From positions 17,794,001 through 17,858,000 of the forward strand of contig OZ365114.1 in assembly GCA_977030845.1 (NCBI GenBank): a stretch of 64,000 nt of DNA. The letters run 5' to 3'. Of the stretch, positions 1 through 14,100 are shown piece by piece. Source of the DNA: Fimbriosthenelais zetlandica (taxonomy: Eukaryota). Position 1 is the stretch's first letter. Every line of letters begins with the position of its first letter. The position numbers and the translations under genes are program-made. Under the pieces are notes generated by a model, which was given only the letters and a program-made list of their open reading frames with translations, searched no databases and was not told where the DNA came from.

Positions 1-2426
1 ATTTATAAAACATTAGGACATTACCCTGTTAAAAGCAATGCCATAGATTCAGGTAACACTAAGCTATATCTGCTACCATTGATTAGTTCCATGAGGAAAT
101 CAACTTATTTTTTCTGTAAAAAATAGATGGCACCACTTACAGAAAAGTGTTTTATTAAGTCTGCAAGTCTGCTGACAGATTTTATGCAGGCAGGCCATTA
201 TGTGAAAGTATAGACCTACCCATGTATTCGTTTGATATCTGCATCTTATCAATCAGAGCTAAATGCTGGACTCACTATTAGCCAGAACATGCAATGGAGA
301 GCTTTACATTGTAGATTCCATCCGTTTCCCTTCTCCTTCAGAGAAGGCCTCTCGCGCACGCAATTAGGCATTGATCTTTGTATAAACCCCTATCGTTCAC
401 TAATTTGAGGCAACGGAGTAGGTCAAAAGATCAACTTCAATAGTGAGTCTCTAAGTGCTGGTGTGAAAAGGTCGACCAACAGTGCTTCTTTGAGGAACCA
501 CAGACGACCGATGTAGGAGGAGGGGAGCGTCCATCTTGTTTGTTGTCTGGTGTTTTCCCCCACTCCTGGTTTAAATAGAACAGTCAGTGTTTGTTTTTCA
601 TCTGGTGAAAGAAAGCATGGGACTCGGCATGGGATAATACTAATGATGCTCCATGCTCAATTTGACGCATGTATCCATGCTTACTTCTGGTTATTGGAAC
701 AATACAATGAGAAACTCGTATACGTATTTATCTAGAAAGATAATAATCTCGGAGATTTTTAAATAAATTTGAATTGTAGCCGATCCAGGCCCTTTTCGAC
801 GGTTTTGCCAATGTATGTCAATTATAATTACAGAACCTAGTTGTGATTTTACAGAGGACATAGAGAATGACTGTTTTGAAATAGTATTCCAGGTGAAAAA
901 AGCATCCCTGCCCTGTAAATTGGTCTGCGTTGAGACATTAAATTTAAATTGGAGAATAGGTTCTCATGTAGAGTTGTAAAATGTGTTTAGTCAGCAGAAA
1001 TGGGTAGAAGTAGAGCAGCTCTCACGTGCGCGTGTGGGCTCAGGGTGGCCTGCTGCCCCCCTGCTTTTTCTCCGGCTACCAGGATAGACTTCCCCTTCTG
1101 GGGTTGCTGATTGGTTCCGGTCGTGAAGGCTGAGAAGGGCCTGGCTTGGTTCACAATAGGAAGCCACAGCCATTGTCTTCATTGCAATTAATCAAGACTA
1201 GCATCTTAATGAGGCGCTGCATAACATTGAACTTCAATGTCAAATCGAAAAACACTCAGGACTATCATACTAAATCCTCAACCTCTCTCCATTCTCCATG
1301 CCCCTTCAGCTTATATTAATACACGATGAAGCAATATATAGGGTCATTGGTTCTCAATGAAGATTGCTGGACAGTGTCCATTCTGGTCCATGGAAATTGA
1401 GGATATAGCTTAACACACACGTGCAGTCCCTTATTGACCCTGTATTCAAGCCGATTAGCTAAGGTACCTATTATATTGAATCAGGCTTCAGTTGCTCTGT
1501 CTAGTTTAATAGGATTTACGTAGAACTACACCCACTTTTCAGCATATTCCGCGTAATATTCACCTTTGTCATGGCCAATAAATTGTGGAATTGGTGACTA
1601 TTGTCATTATATTTCTGTTCTGTTCATACCATTTCCTCAGTCCTCAGTTCGATATACACGTACACACTGTATATATGTTGACCTTCGGTTTCTGCAGCTT
1701 CATTGTGCACCGACATTTACTACTATTTTTTACAACAAGTTTGCCACTGTAATGAAAATCCTGTTCAAGACTCTTCAGTTGCTGCTGAGAAATATAATAA
1801 ACAATGAAACAATTGCCATGGTATAGTATAATATAGGCAGTTAGAGACTGTTGATAAAATATCTCTCGTTAACAAACTGAGCTAGTGGCAAGCAATTGGA
1901 TATATATGTAGAATGAGAGGATATCTATATGGGGGAGGTTGGGTATATGGCAGACTTCTGGCAGGGGAGCATCATGAGCCTTGTGATGTATCTATCAGCT
2001 CCCTTAGGGGCTTTGGCTTGGGTGTGAATGGTAGGTACTCTGCCCATGGTAATATTGGATCCTAGCCAGAACTTATTTTTCTTCCACTACAGTCAATTGT
2101 GTTCTTTAAGAATGCTGACATTTCTCAAATCCCTAGATCATTGTCTTCTGGTTTAGTGAAAAAATTGAAATTCTATTCCCGAATCAGATATTTATCCTTA
2201 TCATCAAATTTATATTTTCCTATTTGATACAGGGTAGCGTTTGGCATGTTGGAAAAAAACGTAGAGTTGTGAGCCTTGAAAGGATGCCCCCTGTCCGTTT
2301 ATCTGTCTCTGTCCCTTTCTGCCATCACTCCCTCGTCCTGTAGACTCCTGTCCTTTCTCTACCCTTCTCTGTCTTTCTGTCCCTATCTCTCTTTCTCTGT
2401 CAGATGGTGACCAACCAAAGCCCAAG

Positions 2427-2482
2427 CCACCACACCACCATCACTAACCACCACTGCCACCACCACCACCGCCACCACCACC
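2427..2482. repeat. (CAC)n-rich imperfect microsatellite within a purine/pyrimidine-biased low-complexity tract
   Basis: Runs such as caccaccaccgccaccacca are seen directly; they explain the His-, Pro- and Val-rich pseudo-ORFs at 2383-2764. Confidence 0.85.
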
Positions 2483-5400
2483 CAACAGCCTATGTCGCTG
2501 TCACCGCTCATGTCCATTGCCACACCCAGTCCCTCTCCTGTCCCTCCACCACCTTCTCCTCCCCATCTCCCCTTCTCCTCTTCCTCCTCATCCCCTTTCC
2601 CACACATCCACCTCCCCACACCTCAAACTCCTGGCATAAGCCCATATCATTCACCCACAATGTTTAAATGTCTTCTCATATCATCCCAAACATTGTCAGA
2701 TGTTGTATACAAAAAATATCACCCCCGAGCCGGTTCCTTACCCAGCAGGCAGCAGCCATCTTGAATTGATTAGACCGAGTGTATTAATAATATCGGGCCT
2801 CGGTGCTGCCGAGAGAAAGGCTGCCTTCTACCATGGAACAGCGCTCAGCATCTGCTATACTATCCCCTGCAGATGGTCAGAACAGATGCATAGTGGCTAT
2901 ATGACAGTCACAGCCATTAGTATCCATATACTCTCACATTCATTCTATAATCTATCCATCAGTAGTTCTGCTAGCTAACCACCAAACCCCTGATAACATT
3001 TAAGGTTAAATTAAGATTGTATTCCTTTCCTGATAACAGGTTTCTGATGCCCCCTGCACACTGACAGTGAGAAGTTTAGAATAGGTGTCAGTGGCTTGAC
3101 ATGATATTCAGTGTAGTGTGTCACATCACCAGGTTGGCTATACAGTATGCTCTGCAGTATCATTGATGGCAATGGTTGACAGTAGTATATGGAAAGGGCC
3201 CTTAGCTGCAATGAATATAAGGGCCATATTTTGTATACTAGGTCCTGGGAGGTACCAATTTTCTTCAGTAGTATTATACATAAATAAATAGATCTATATG
3301 CATTGGAGCCTCACCTTCGGCATATATATCAGGACCAGTGATAAACAATGTGCTCTGTTGTTTAACATGACTCACTATTCGAGCTTTAAAGAATGAGAAT
3401 CTAAATAATATTGCATAAATATGATCGTAGTTTGTTGACTTGTATTTAAGAAATTTATTCAGGAATAATATATTATGTTCACCCTAGTCCAGTGCAGCGA
3501 CAACACTCTAAGAATGATGGGCCTCAGTCATACCTAGCTTGAAATGTTTGCTTTCACCTTTGGGTAACATTCGAAAAAAGGTGATTCTGCGGCTATTAAA
3601 CATAGAATTAAAATCACAGCAAGAACTGCCTCTAGGCACCTACATTTGATTTAGATGATACAGTTATATCATCACCCTTTTCCAAGTAATGCAAGAATGG
3701 TCTACCTGGCTTATACTAGGTGTGAAGTTCTTATTGCTGTTATTTTTGGACCATTTATTGACTGGTCCTCTGATAAAATCACCACTGGTGTCATTTGTGT
3801 GTTTGCAAGTATAGTCATTGAACATTATTTGTTCGACCACCAAATTTTAACTTCTTGGTTGAGTTTTTTTGCTTTAGTTTTTCACCGGTGTCTCTAAACT
3901 CAACCACAATGTAACTATTCATTGAGATCCTTATCGCTTTCCGCTTACGAAGGGAAGGAGTGGTGTTTCTATTTTTAGACCGGTATTTCACGATTCTCTT
4001 GGTTATTTCCGCCCTGATTCATGCATCAAAGGCTTCCCTGGATATGAGCGATCATTGATAATTAGTCTGTTTATGTCATTGCTTATCGTCCTTTAGACTT
4101 CTATGTTTGTATTCAGGACGATTTCCTGTATCCTCACCATATTTATATAGCATTTTCCTCAGATATATTTGTGTCGCCCTATCTATAGAGATATCTAGGT
4201 TATATCCCATATAATATTAGTCATATGCGTATAAGTTTATTGACATTAATATTAGGTGCTGAGTTATCATGAAACAAGGAAAATTTCCATCGTGAACGGT
4301 TCCGAACGATCAGAAGAACGTTTTCACTCATCGTTTGACCCTTCTGAACTATGGTACATTTCCATTCTCTCGTTTAAATGCTTGCATTTATCTTCCACTC
4401 TAAGTTTGAAACATTAACCAAACGATTTCCTAATCTAACATGACGTGAAAAAACATTATTTGGACATGCAAATGACTTTTCCCCTATTGTAATTATGATG
4501 ATCCTCCACCCCACCAAAGACATAGTTAGAACTGGTAACACGAAAATGGCGAAGTCCAGTATTTTCTCCCTATTATTTACTAAAAGAGGAACACGGAGAC
4601 TATAGTCTCTGCCAGCAGGCTTAAACTCCTATCAGATTTCTTTGCTGGAGGAAATATGCCAGGCTACATGGAGGTGTTATCAAATGCTCGCTTTATTGGC
4701 CTCTGCTCGAGTCTTTGTTTTCATGGACTCTCGTCACTTTTTTGCCCTCAGCCCGGCAAAATAGTACATTCCAGAAGAAAACAACAATCTAGCTGTGCAT
4801 CTTGCTCAGAATGAAGTATTTGCGTTGTAGGAACATGGGTTCTTACTCTCCACTGGAGCTGTCCAAGGTAGGCAAAGAGCAGAGAGAGGAGACGAGATGT
4901 GAAAGCTTGTACTTTATATGATGAAATGTTGCAAATAATTCTGATAAATATTGCCATGTGTACGGAATTGGTTCTAGGGATATTGTGTAAGAATATGGGC
5001 AAGTATAATTGACAGGGGTTGGATAGGTAGATGGACAGGTATTACAATGAGAAAGGTAGGGAAAAAAAGACAGACATACACAAAGTGCGATGTTATGTAC
5101 AGCTAATGGCAATGGTTCTAGTTTTTGAATCAAGGAATCTACGAGATAGAAAGAATCCCAAAAGGCACAAAAACAATAAAAGTTATCCGCATTGTATGCT
5201 AGGTTACTTTGGCTGGGGTATTTACATGGCATGAAGCCCCAGGCCCGGGCTGGGGTGTTGTTAGGGGGAATGGAATTTGTTCTCCAGCCTGGCAGTAGTC
5301 TTTAGTATTTTACCCCAGGAATCGCAGCCTTATATTAATGCAGTGGCAGCCAAGGAAAACAAGGCACGTGTTGGGGAAAAAGGGATGTGGTGGAAGGAGA

Positions 5401-6932
5401 AATGGGGGAGGGAGAGAGACTGAAGGGGTGGAAGGGCGGGATGGAACAGGGTGGGGTAGGCCTAGGCCATAACATGAAACAGTGATGCCAGATATAATAC
5501 AGATTACAGAAAACCTGCTCCCAAAATGCCAGCCCATGCTAACGAAGAGTAACAAGCCTGTCAACCATATAACTTTCCTCCCACAAAATAATTATAAACA
5601 ATTCTGTAATTGCATTAATCATGTGTTATGGGGGTTAATCTTACTTTGTGTACATGTACGGCACACATGTGCCAACCCGTACCTGGGAAGTTTATCCTTG
5701 TAGGTATATATGTCTAAATACCCCAGCAACTAGACTATACTTCTCTTCCCTGGTGATAAGACCCACCCCTGTCTGTCTCTCTCTACATAATCTAGTGACT
5801 CATTCATTTGAAATTCTATCATAAAAACGAGCTATAGAGGTTTTTAGCATAACGACATACTGACACATCTGGATGCCTGATTTTGGTAGCTCATAAGATA
5901 TCTAATTATATGCACATGTGCTGAACAGATTTATATTAGTAATTACTATAGAACTAGAATGGTGATGACTTATTCCTTGTAATTCTTCTGTGGTAAATAC
6001 GGTAGATTGTGCCTGGAATGGACGACCTGGTTTGGTGAATGCTGGCACCATTATATTGTATTGTTCACCTTTGAATGTGGGTGATATATTGGATGATACG
6101 TGAATGATATAGTGGTGGGATGGAGATGATGGGGGTTATAAGGAAGTGAAGGTGAATATATGTGCTATCATTAATCTCTAACATTATCTCTACTCTAAAT
6201 GTAGCAGATCTATGTTACAGATGAACGCTTCACTGACAATGGTTTAATGTTAGATCTGTTTGCCTTTTGTTTGGCAGACAGAAAAACTAGTTCTCTATGA
6301 CCATTAGATGATTCATATCATTGATAGTGATTATTTATTTGTAGAAATAGTACAATTTACTCCGGAAATGTCAATTATAATTATTGACTCACAAATGACC
6401 GAAGATAACATAGTTCGTCTATATATGGTTCGGCTTACTAGTTTTCTGATAGCAAATAAATATTTAAACTTATGTTTATTTATGATTGGACTGAAAGCGA
6501 TACCAATCCTTCCCTAAACAACTATACCACACCTGGATTTTCCCAAGGTCCCGTCCATTCGCCCATAACAATTTAAGCTTCCTTTTTATCAAAATTTTGA
6601 ATCATGATATAGTTTCGGATATGAATGCTAGTCTTCAGACCGCGTCCGATTTTTGTTGCTCATGTAATTATGCATGACAGAGTCGTGACTGGGTGTATTC
6701 CCCCTCCCCTGAACACCAGGTGAATCTCCACTTGTATATGAAGTACTCTCTATTTTTTGGTGGGACCTGGACGTGTTTTGCTTCTATTCCTTTTTACATG
6801 AGGTTGTGTAAAATATTTCCATAAGCTTTGGTAGATATGAAAGGGTATCGGTACCGGTACATGCCTGATATTTTAAGAAGGATAGAATGAGACAGGAAGA
6901 ATTATAGGGAAAGCCTGTACAGCTTAATTATG

Positions 6933-7138
6933 CCTGGAACACACTAATCCGATTCTCCAATCCGTCGCCATCCGAACCCCATTACTAATGGCATCCAATG
7001 ATTGGAATTTTGTCAATGGTTAGCCTTACATAGATGTAAAGATCTGTTCATATTACAAGCATTTGGTGTGAAAAGAAATATAGTTTCGGATAGGTATCGG
7101 ATGGAGCCGGATAGAGAATGGTATTAGTGTGCTCCAGG
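6933..7138. mobile_element. Small MITE-like element with degenerate ~45-bp terminal inverted repeats
   Basis: Left end cctggaacacactaatccgattctccaatccgtcgccatccga aligns with the reverse complement of the right end (cctggagcacactaataccattctctatccggctccatccga). No clear TSD. Confidence 0.5.
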
Positions 7139-8125
7139 TTTTATATTGTTAGTGTAAATACTGTAGATGATAATTCACATGCCCCCATGTTGAGCTATAC
7201 CTGACCTTACATGTTGTGCGGGGATAATTCGCTCCTTTTTACACCTCATTTACCCATGAATCAGTCATGCCAACAACTATTATACACACCACCATATATG
7301 CAGGATGTAATATGAATTTTATACTGCGTGTCATTTCCACCGATTGAAACATGAAACAGTGATAAGTCAATAAATGTCTATTTACTGGGTTATACCCAGA
7401 TGGTTTTATGAAGAATATGTTTGAACAAATCTTCAGTTATGGAAGGAAACCATGGGAGAGCCTAAACAGACGTACCAATGTTGCTGATAACCATAATGAT
7501 CTTCAGTTATTCTGTAGCTGTAGCATTGATTAAATTTCCCTATGCTGTGGCATTCTCCCCCTTTTTTTCTCAGCTTCATTAACAAATATTGGATTCGTCA
7601 GTCGTACTTGACACTGGGTCAAACACGATTGTCTCTCGGTATGTTTAGATACATTACTGTTTTAGCTATAGTGAAGACAATACACATACGGTTTTAGAGA
7701 ACAAGGAAATGAGATGAGGCGACATGGTAATAACATTGAGTCTGTCATGTAAGTGACACGTTGTAGAGAACAAACGTACACGAGTACACTCATGAAAATA
7801 GAAGCAGTACAGGGATAGGAGCAATACTGTATTGTATTATTATTCCGTCTGTATTATCATTGATGAATGCTGCTGCTCCTATACCCACGTTCACACGCCC
7901 AGGTAACGCCCACCACCACTGGAGACATCTGTGGGAAGAATATGGCACTAGTTCTCAGCACATGAGATGTAATGCATCAATGCATTGTAACAACCTATCA
8001 TAGTGTGATCGTGCATATAGCTTTACACTTTTTTCAAAATTGTAATAATTTTGACTCCGACAATAAAATGTGGATATTTTTCATTAATATCTCTTATTTT
8101 ACACGAATTTCTCTTATATTTTCAG

Positions 8126-11100
8126 AACCCAGTTGCCCACTGCTGGTCAGAACCCTGGTTCTTCAAACGTAAATTTTGCAATCTATGTCGTAAACGACTA
8201 GAAGATAGTCAGGCCATAAGGTGTGAAAGTAAGTACTCACTTTTATTATTTCGCTGATGGCACATGCCCTCAACAAAGTTTAATATACATGACGGGTATA
8301 TGTAGTCTCCTATTCTGAAATGTTTTCAAATTTTAAAGGGTGTTCTTTTTTCCCTTTACTTCATTTCCGCCCCCTTCCTCTTCTTTGGCACCCTTTTCTC
8401 TAAGTGCTATCGCCACCCTTATCTTAGACCCTCAGAAGATACACATGTTGCACCCTCGTGTTTAGATATTGTATCACGCTACCAAAATATCAGACGTCTG
8501 CTGCATGATAGCACGACCACATGGAGGGAAGCATGTTGATAAAAGGCAGATCAAGTGTTCCACCCTCAACACCCTATAACAAGGAATAGAGCCCCCAATA
8601 AATGAATAATAAAACTTCCCCCACTATCAGTTTTTTATTGCGGAGATACTTGGAATAAAGTGATTTGGGATAACCCACTTTGGATTTCTTTTCGCCACAG
8701 ATATGATTTGTGGTTTCAGCTCAAATCCATATTCATATATCTCAAGTTTCTTTTAGAGTATTTCAAAGGAATAATGTGTCCTTGATGCAGTTAAATAATC
8801 TGCTTCTATTTGTTTTCTTTCAGTCTGTGAATACTACGCCCATGTTGATTGTCAGGATTTTGTTGTCAGTGATTGTATGGAGTGTGCCACGTATTTACTT
8901 TCAATGGAAAAGGTAAGTTATCAAATTATTTTATTACAGTGAAAATGTATAACCTTTCATATAAGAGAGTGAAATCCATACAGAAAACAAAGAAGGACAA
9001 TGCATGTGAAAATGTCTTGGTAGGCTATTGACTTGATCTGACAAGCAGAACTGTGCCAGCCACCATGTGAGGTGGTACGCAGTATCTTATACTCGATAGC
9101 TAGTAATGTCTATGTTCACTTGTTTCCAGGGGTCTGTATCACAATACCACCATTGGAGGGAAGGCAACTTGCCGGGCAACTCAAAATGTCTCGTCTGCAA
9201 AAAAACCTGCTGGTCTTCAGAGTGTCTTGCTGGGATGAGGTGTGAGTGGTGCGGTGTCACGGTAAGTATTTTTTTTAATGGGCTTCATAAAATTAAATTT
9301 GAGGTCTTAAGCATGGTCTTTAATTATGGTTGCTTCCCTGTATGAAGAACAGTTAAAAGAAAATTTACATTTTTTTCCATCTTTTGTTTCCAGGCACACT
9401 CAACTTGTCACAAACTACTGCCTGCAGAATGCAGCTTCGGTTGTTTAAAGGAAATCATGCTACCTCCATTCTGCCTCACAGTCCCCCGAATAGACGTCCC
9501 CATGGAAATTATCTATGGATTCCCCATGAAGCCAAGTGTCCCTCGTGAGTATCACTAAGATAGATAGACCGAATAGAAAATGTCATTGCTTTGCTAGATA
9601 GACTAAATATCTACTTTAAGCGGAGTTGTAAAGATTGTTTTCACCTTACTCTAAAATGAATTGCTGTTTCCTTTTTAGCACGCACAGAGTCTGAAGAGTT
9701 TTCGTCGAGCGGAGACTCTAAAACAGAAGAGGAGGACAAGAGGTCTCCAAAGGAGAAGGAGGGAAAGAATAAAGAGAAAGATGTAGATGATGCACAGGGT
9801 AAGTCATCTGTAGATTAAGAACCATATTAAATAATATATAATCTGTTTAAATTTGATTCAGCTCTGTTAACAGGTGTGAAGGAAGTTATGTTACTGACTT
9901 GTATGGTACATTTGTATCTTTGTAGAAATTGTACGGATATACGACGGAAATAGTTCTTTAAAGAATCGAATTTATAGGAGTGTAACTGTACCCAAAGGTG
10001 CCCAAACTCAAGTCCTATTGGTAGGTATATGATATGATATATATATTTATTTTATTGATAATCTCTATATAATGTTGCTATAAATATCCACTAACTTTAT
10101 TGTCAGTCATTTATCCCAAATTATTAAATGAAAAATGTATACTGTATAGATTGACATGAGGGTTTTTCTCATTGCAGGAGGCTGCATTGCGCACATTCCA
10201 CATATCTGATGACCCAAATAATTACTATGTAGCAGAAGTAAATGACAAAGGTGTGTATTCCTCAATTTTAATTTCATATTCGCTATGAGTATAAAAGAAA
10301 ATGTACCTTTTATTCAGAAACTCGCTTTTCTTGAAAATAATTCCTATTAGAAGAGAACCAATGCCTAAATGTGCTTTTGCTGTTGAATCATTAATTCTTA
10401 TCTTGTTATATTTAATTTCAGAAGCCGAAATGGACAATTACCAACACAGTAAGTCATGAGCACAAAGTTACAGATTACTTTCGAATTGAAGATTTTAATG
10501 TGTCCACATAACAAAAATCTTCAAATCTTTGGATATATCTTCCTGTTATTTCCCATTGCAACTATCATTCATCCAATAGCATTGTCGTGCCACCCACAAT
10601 GTGAGGTGGCACGCCGGTATATCTTATTCTAGATCTACTCGTTTCTCTGCTCATGTGTTTTCGTCATTTCTTTTCAGTCCATGAGAGAGAACTGGACGCG
10701 ACGCTTCCAGTCCGAGCACAGCTTAGCACACATGACGGCAAGAGGCCGTCAGTCTTTTTACGATATCGTGATAAGGATCCCAGCCGGGGGTTTATACGGG
10801 TTTACCCAGGAAGCCTAAGGTAGGCCTACACCTCAAGCTTCTTATATTAGTTCTATTCCCTGAACATTTTCTTGATAACATTAGATATGATTCAAAAGGA
10901 ATTTTACAATCATTGTATATTTAAACCTACATAATTTGTTACAATTTAAGTACATGTATATGTTCCGTATTGATTAAGTTATAATGGGTTGAGTATAAAC
11001 GTCATTGGACTTGTTCTTTTTCAGAATACATTACAGTAAAGACAAGTACCAGTTCAAACATATTCCTGTAACCACGGACACAACGGCACAGGATATTATC

Positions 11101-14100
11101 GAAAAAGCATTAAAGAAATTTGGTGTAGAAGTAAGTGAACCAGATCAAGTTATTCACATTTAGATAGTTTCTTCAGTAAAAGATGTTGTGAATTCTCTAA
11201 ATTCATTGTCTTTTGACATTGAAGTGTAATATGGCTGGCCTTTGCTTTCAGTGTGAAGATCCTAATAATTTCTCGCTGGTCGAGGTACTTCTCGATAAAG
11301 GGGTCACAGAGAGACTGATGAAACACGACGAGAAACCACTTGATGTAGTTCAACAGAGTCGGCAAGTAAGTACCACCCCAGACATTTATTTGTGAAAAAA
11401 ATGTGTTTGACTTGCCAGTGATAGAATATCCTAGTCCAGATATTCTTTGAGTTTAAATTATCTCCTTTGATAAATGTAAAACAATGATGATCTTCTAAGA
11501 GTTGGTTTCTTGTTTCTCTCTATCAGGACTCATTGCGACAATTGCGCATGACAAGGTTCTACATAAAGCAGAAGGAGGACCCACACGGCCCTCACCTGGC
11601 CATGTACGTGGGCAATCTGCCTACTGGCCTCTCTCAGCGTCAGTATGAGAAAATACTTCTCGATATTATTAGCAAAGGTTGGTTCTATTTCTCCTATATA
11701 TATCATTTTCAGCATCTTAAAAGAAAGGACTATCACAGATATTGATAAGATCACAACTTCCTTTTATCTCAGTAGGGTTTAAAATCACAGTTATAACAAT
11801 CTACTTCTTTGAACTGATGGTAGAAACTCATTGAGCATTTGGTGCAAATCTTTTCAGGATGCCCCCATACACATGAAATTTCGAATAAAAACATTTAAGA
11901 AAGAAATCTGTGATCAGTCCTATGTCAGAAAAGAGTCAGATTTTTCTTTTAGATATTGCTTTCACTCACCAGATCTCTCTTGCCATCCCTAGTTCAATAT
12001 TTAGAAACGGTGTAAAACAGCACATTCACAATGTAATGTAAATCAGTAGCCTTGGGAACAATATAAATTCTTATAGATAACATAGCTTGATATAAATCTG
12101 GCAGGAAAGTAGTATGTATATAAAATAATGAACATAGCATAACATAATTAATATGTATATAAACCCTCTTTCTTCCTTATAACTTAGATGCCGAATATAT
12201 ATGACTAACATGACACATTTGCTTTGAAATGGATATCTTTTGCACTTGCCACTTTAGGGAGAGAACTTACTTGCACATACTTTGTATTCTTCTCTTACAG
12301 AAAATAAATGGACAAAGTTTGATGTGATTTACTATGAGTACGGAGCACTGGTGTTATTGTTCAATAATATAGAAGCTGCAAAAAATGCTTTCAATGTTTT
12401 ACGGGAAGCCGCCTTTGATGACAAAACTTTACTTGTTCTTCTATTACCCAATATTCAGGTGGGTATTGACTATATACACCCTTTATTTCAGATGTTACAT
12501 ATTGTTTCTATCTAGATACTCATTCATATAGTTATTTAGCTGTGCTAACAATGAAATATAATATGGTATGTAGTACTTTCTTCTTGGAGTACACAGTAAT
12601 ATTTAAATATTTCCCAACTTTATTATCATTTCTTTGAGGTGAAATGATACAGATTCATCATTAAACCATTGTCGATCTATGAGGTATGCCTTAGATATCC
12701 CCCTTCTATGTGATGGTCATTTTATAAGATTATTATCTTGGCTATTTTAGCCATATATGATTCCTGACGGCGTAATCCCACTCCTGGTTATGGTGAATGT
12801 GAAGAGCGGAGGACAGCAGGGTATGGAACTCATTCGGGCTTTCCGCAAACTACTCAATCCACACCAAGTGTTTGACCTCATGAACGGTGGACCACTACCA
12901 GGGTAGGTTTTCGAATATTTATGCAACTTTCTTTTTACGATGACTTTCTGTTCCCGGTGACTCAGTGGCATTGTCGATGTGATGTTGCTTAATCTATGTA
13001 CATTGTATGTTTTTTCTCTTACAGGTTATATGTATTCCGTAATATCCCATACTTCAAGATAATGGTTTGTGGTGGCGATGGAACTGTAGGCTGGGCTTTG
13101 TCTTGTTTGGATAACGTTGGACAAGACGCCCAGTGCCAATCTCCTCCCATGGCCATTGTTCCTTTAGGCACAGGTGAGTTTTCTTTCTTCATCTATCTTT
13201 CTTATGCTCTTTTTTCACTCTCTTGTATTCTTGTTATTCCTATCGTCTGTGATATATTTATTTTAATTGTTAACAAATTGTACTTTAGGTAATGACCTAG
13301 CAAGGGTATTGCGATGGGGCCCGGGTTGTACAGGGACTGAAGACCCACTCAACTTATTACGTGATGTCATCGAAGCAGAAGAAATCAAACTAGATAGGTC
13401 TGTATACCTTTCTTTACTTATCAGTAAATTTAAATAGTTTTCAAAAGACGATTGTTTTTTTTATCTATAATCAATGTAATGTTAAAACGATATCTTCAAC
13501 CCATAGGTGGACTGTTATATTTCATCCAAATGAGAAGGAAACCGACGAGACCAAAGTGGCCATCGCCAATGACACCAATGCAGCTAACACGAACGAGGAC
13601 ACCACTTCCATCTTTGTAATGAATAATTACTTTGGAATCGGTATTGATGCCGATCTCTGTCTTGACTTTCACATGGCGCGAGAAGAAAATCCTGATAAAT
13701 TTAATAGTAGGTCAGTATGCCCCACTTTTTCTCAACTCGAGTTCTATCAGTGGTGAATTGTTAGTAGGAATGAGTATGATAGAATTAGATTACAACTGAG
13801 AATGATATCTTGTGATGTTGTGTTTTCAGGCTACGCAATAAGGGGGTTTACTTCAAAATGGGTTTAAGGAAGATGGTTAATCGACGGTCATGCAAGGATC
13901 TACATCGTATGATTAAAGTTGAAGTAGACGGGAAGCTGATAGACCTCCCACCAGTAGAAGGAATAATAATTCTCAATATTCTAAGGTATCCCCTCCTCCT
14001 ATCCTCACTTTTCACTTGTCTATATATCTATAGAAATAACTTTAAAACTAGTAATTCTTCTAAAATAAAAAATTCTAAGACACTGAATTACAAGACGATC

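Noticed and set aside
2383-2764. His-rich, Pro-rich and Val-rich small proteins
   Set aside because: They are translations of the CAC microsatellite and pyrimidine-rich low-complexity DNA, with no splice or domain support.
5482-5703. Missing first C1 exon of DGK-theta (contains VLWGLI)
   Set aside because: Cys/His spacing does not fit a C1 domain and I found no suitable phase-0 donor; treated as coincidence.
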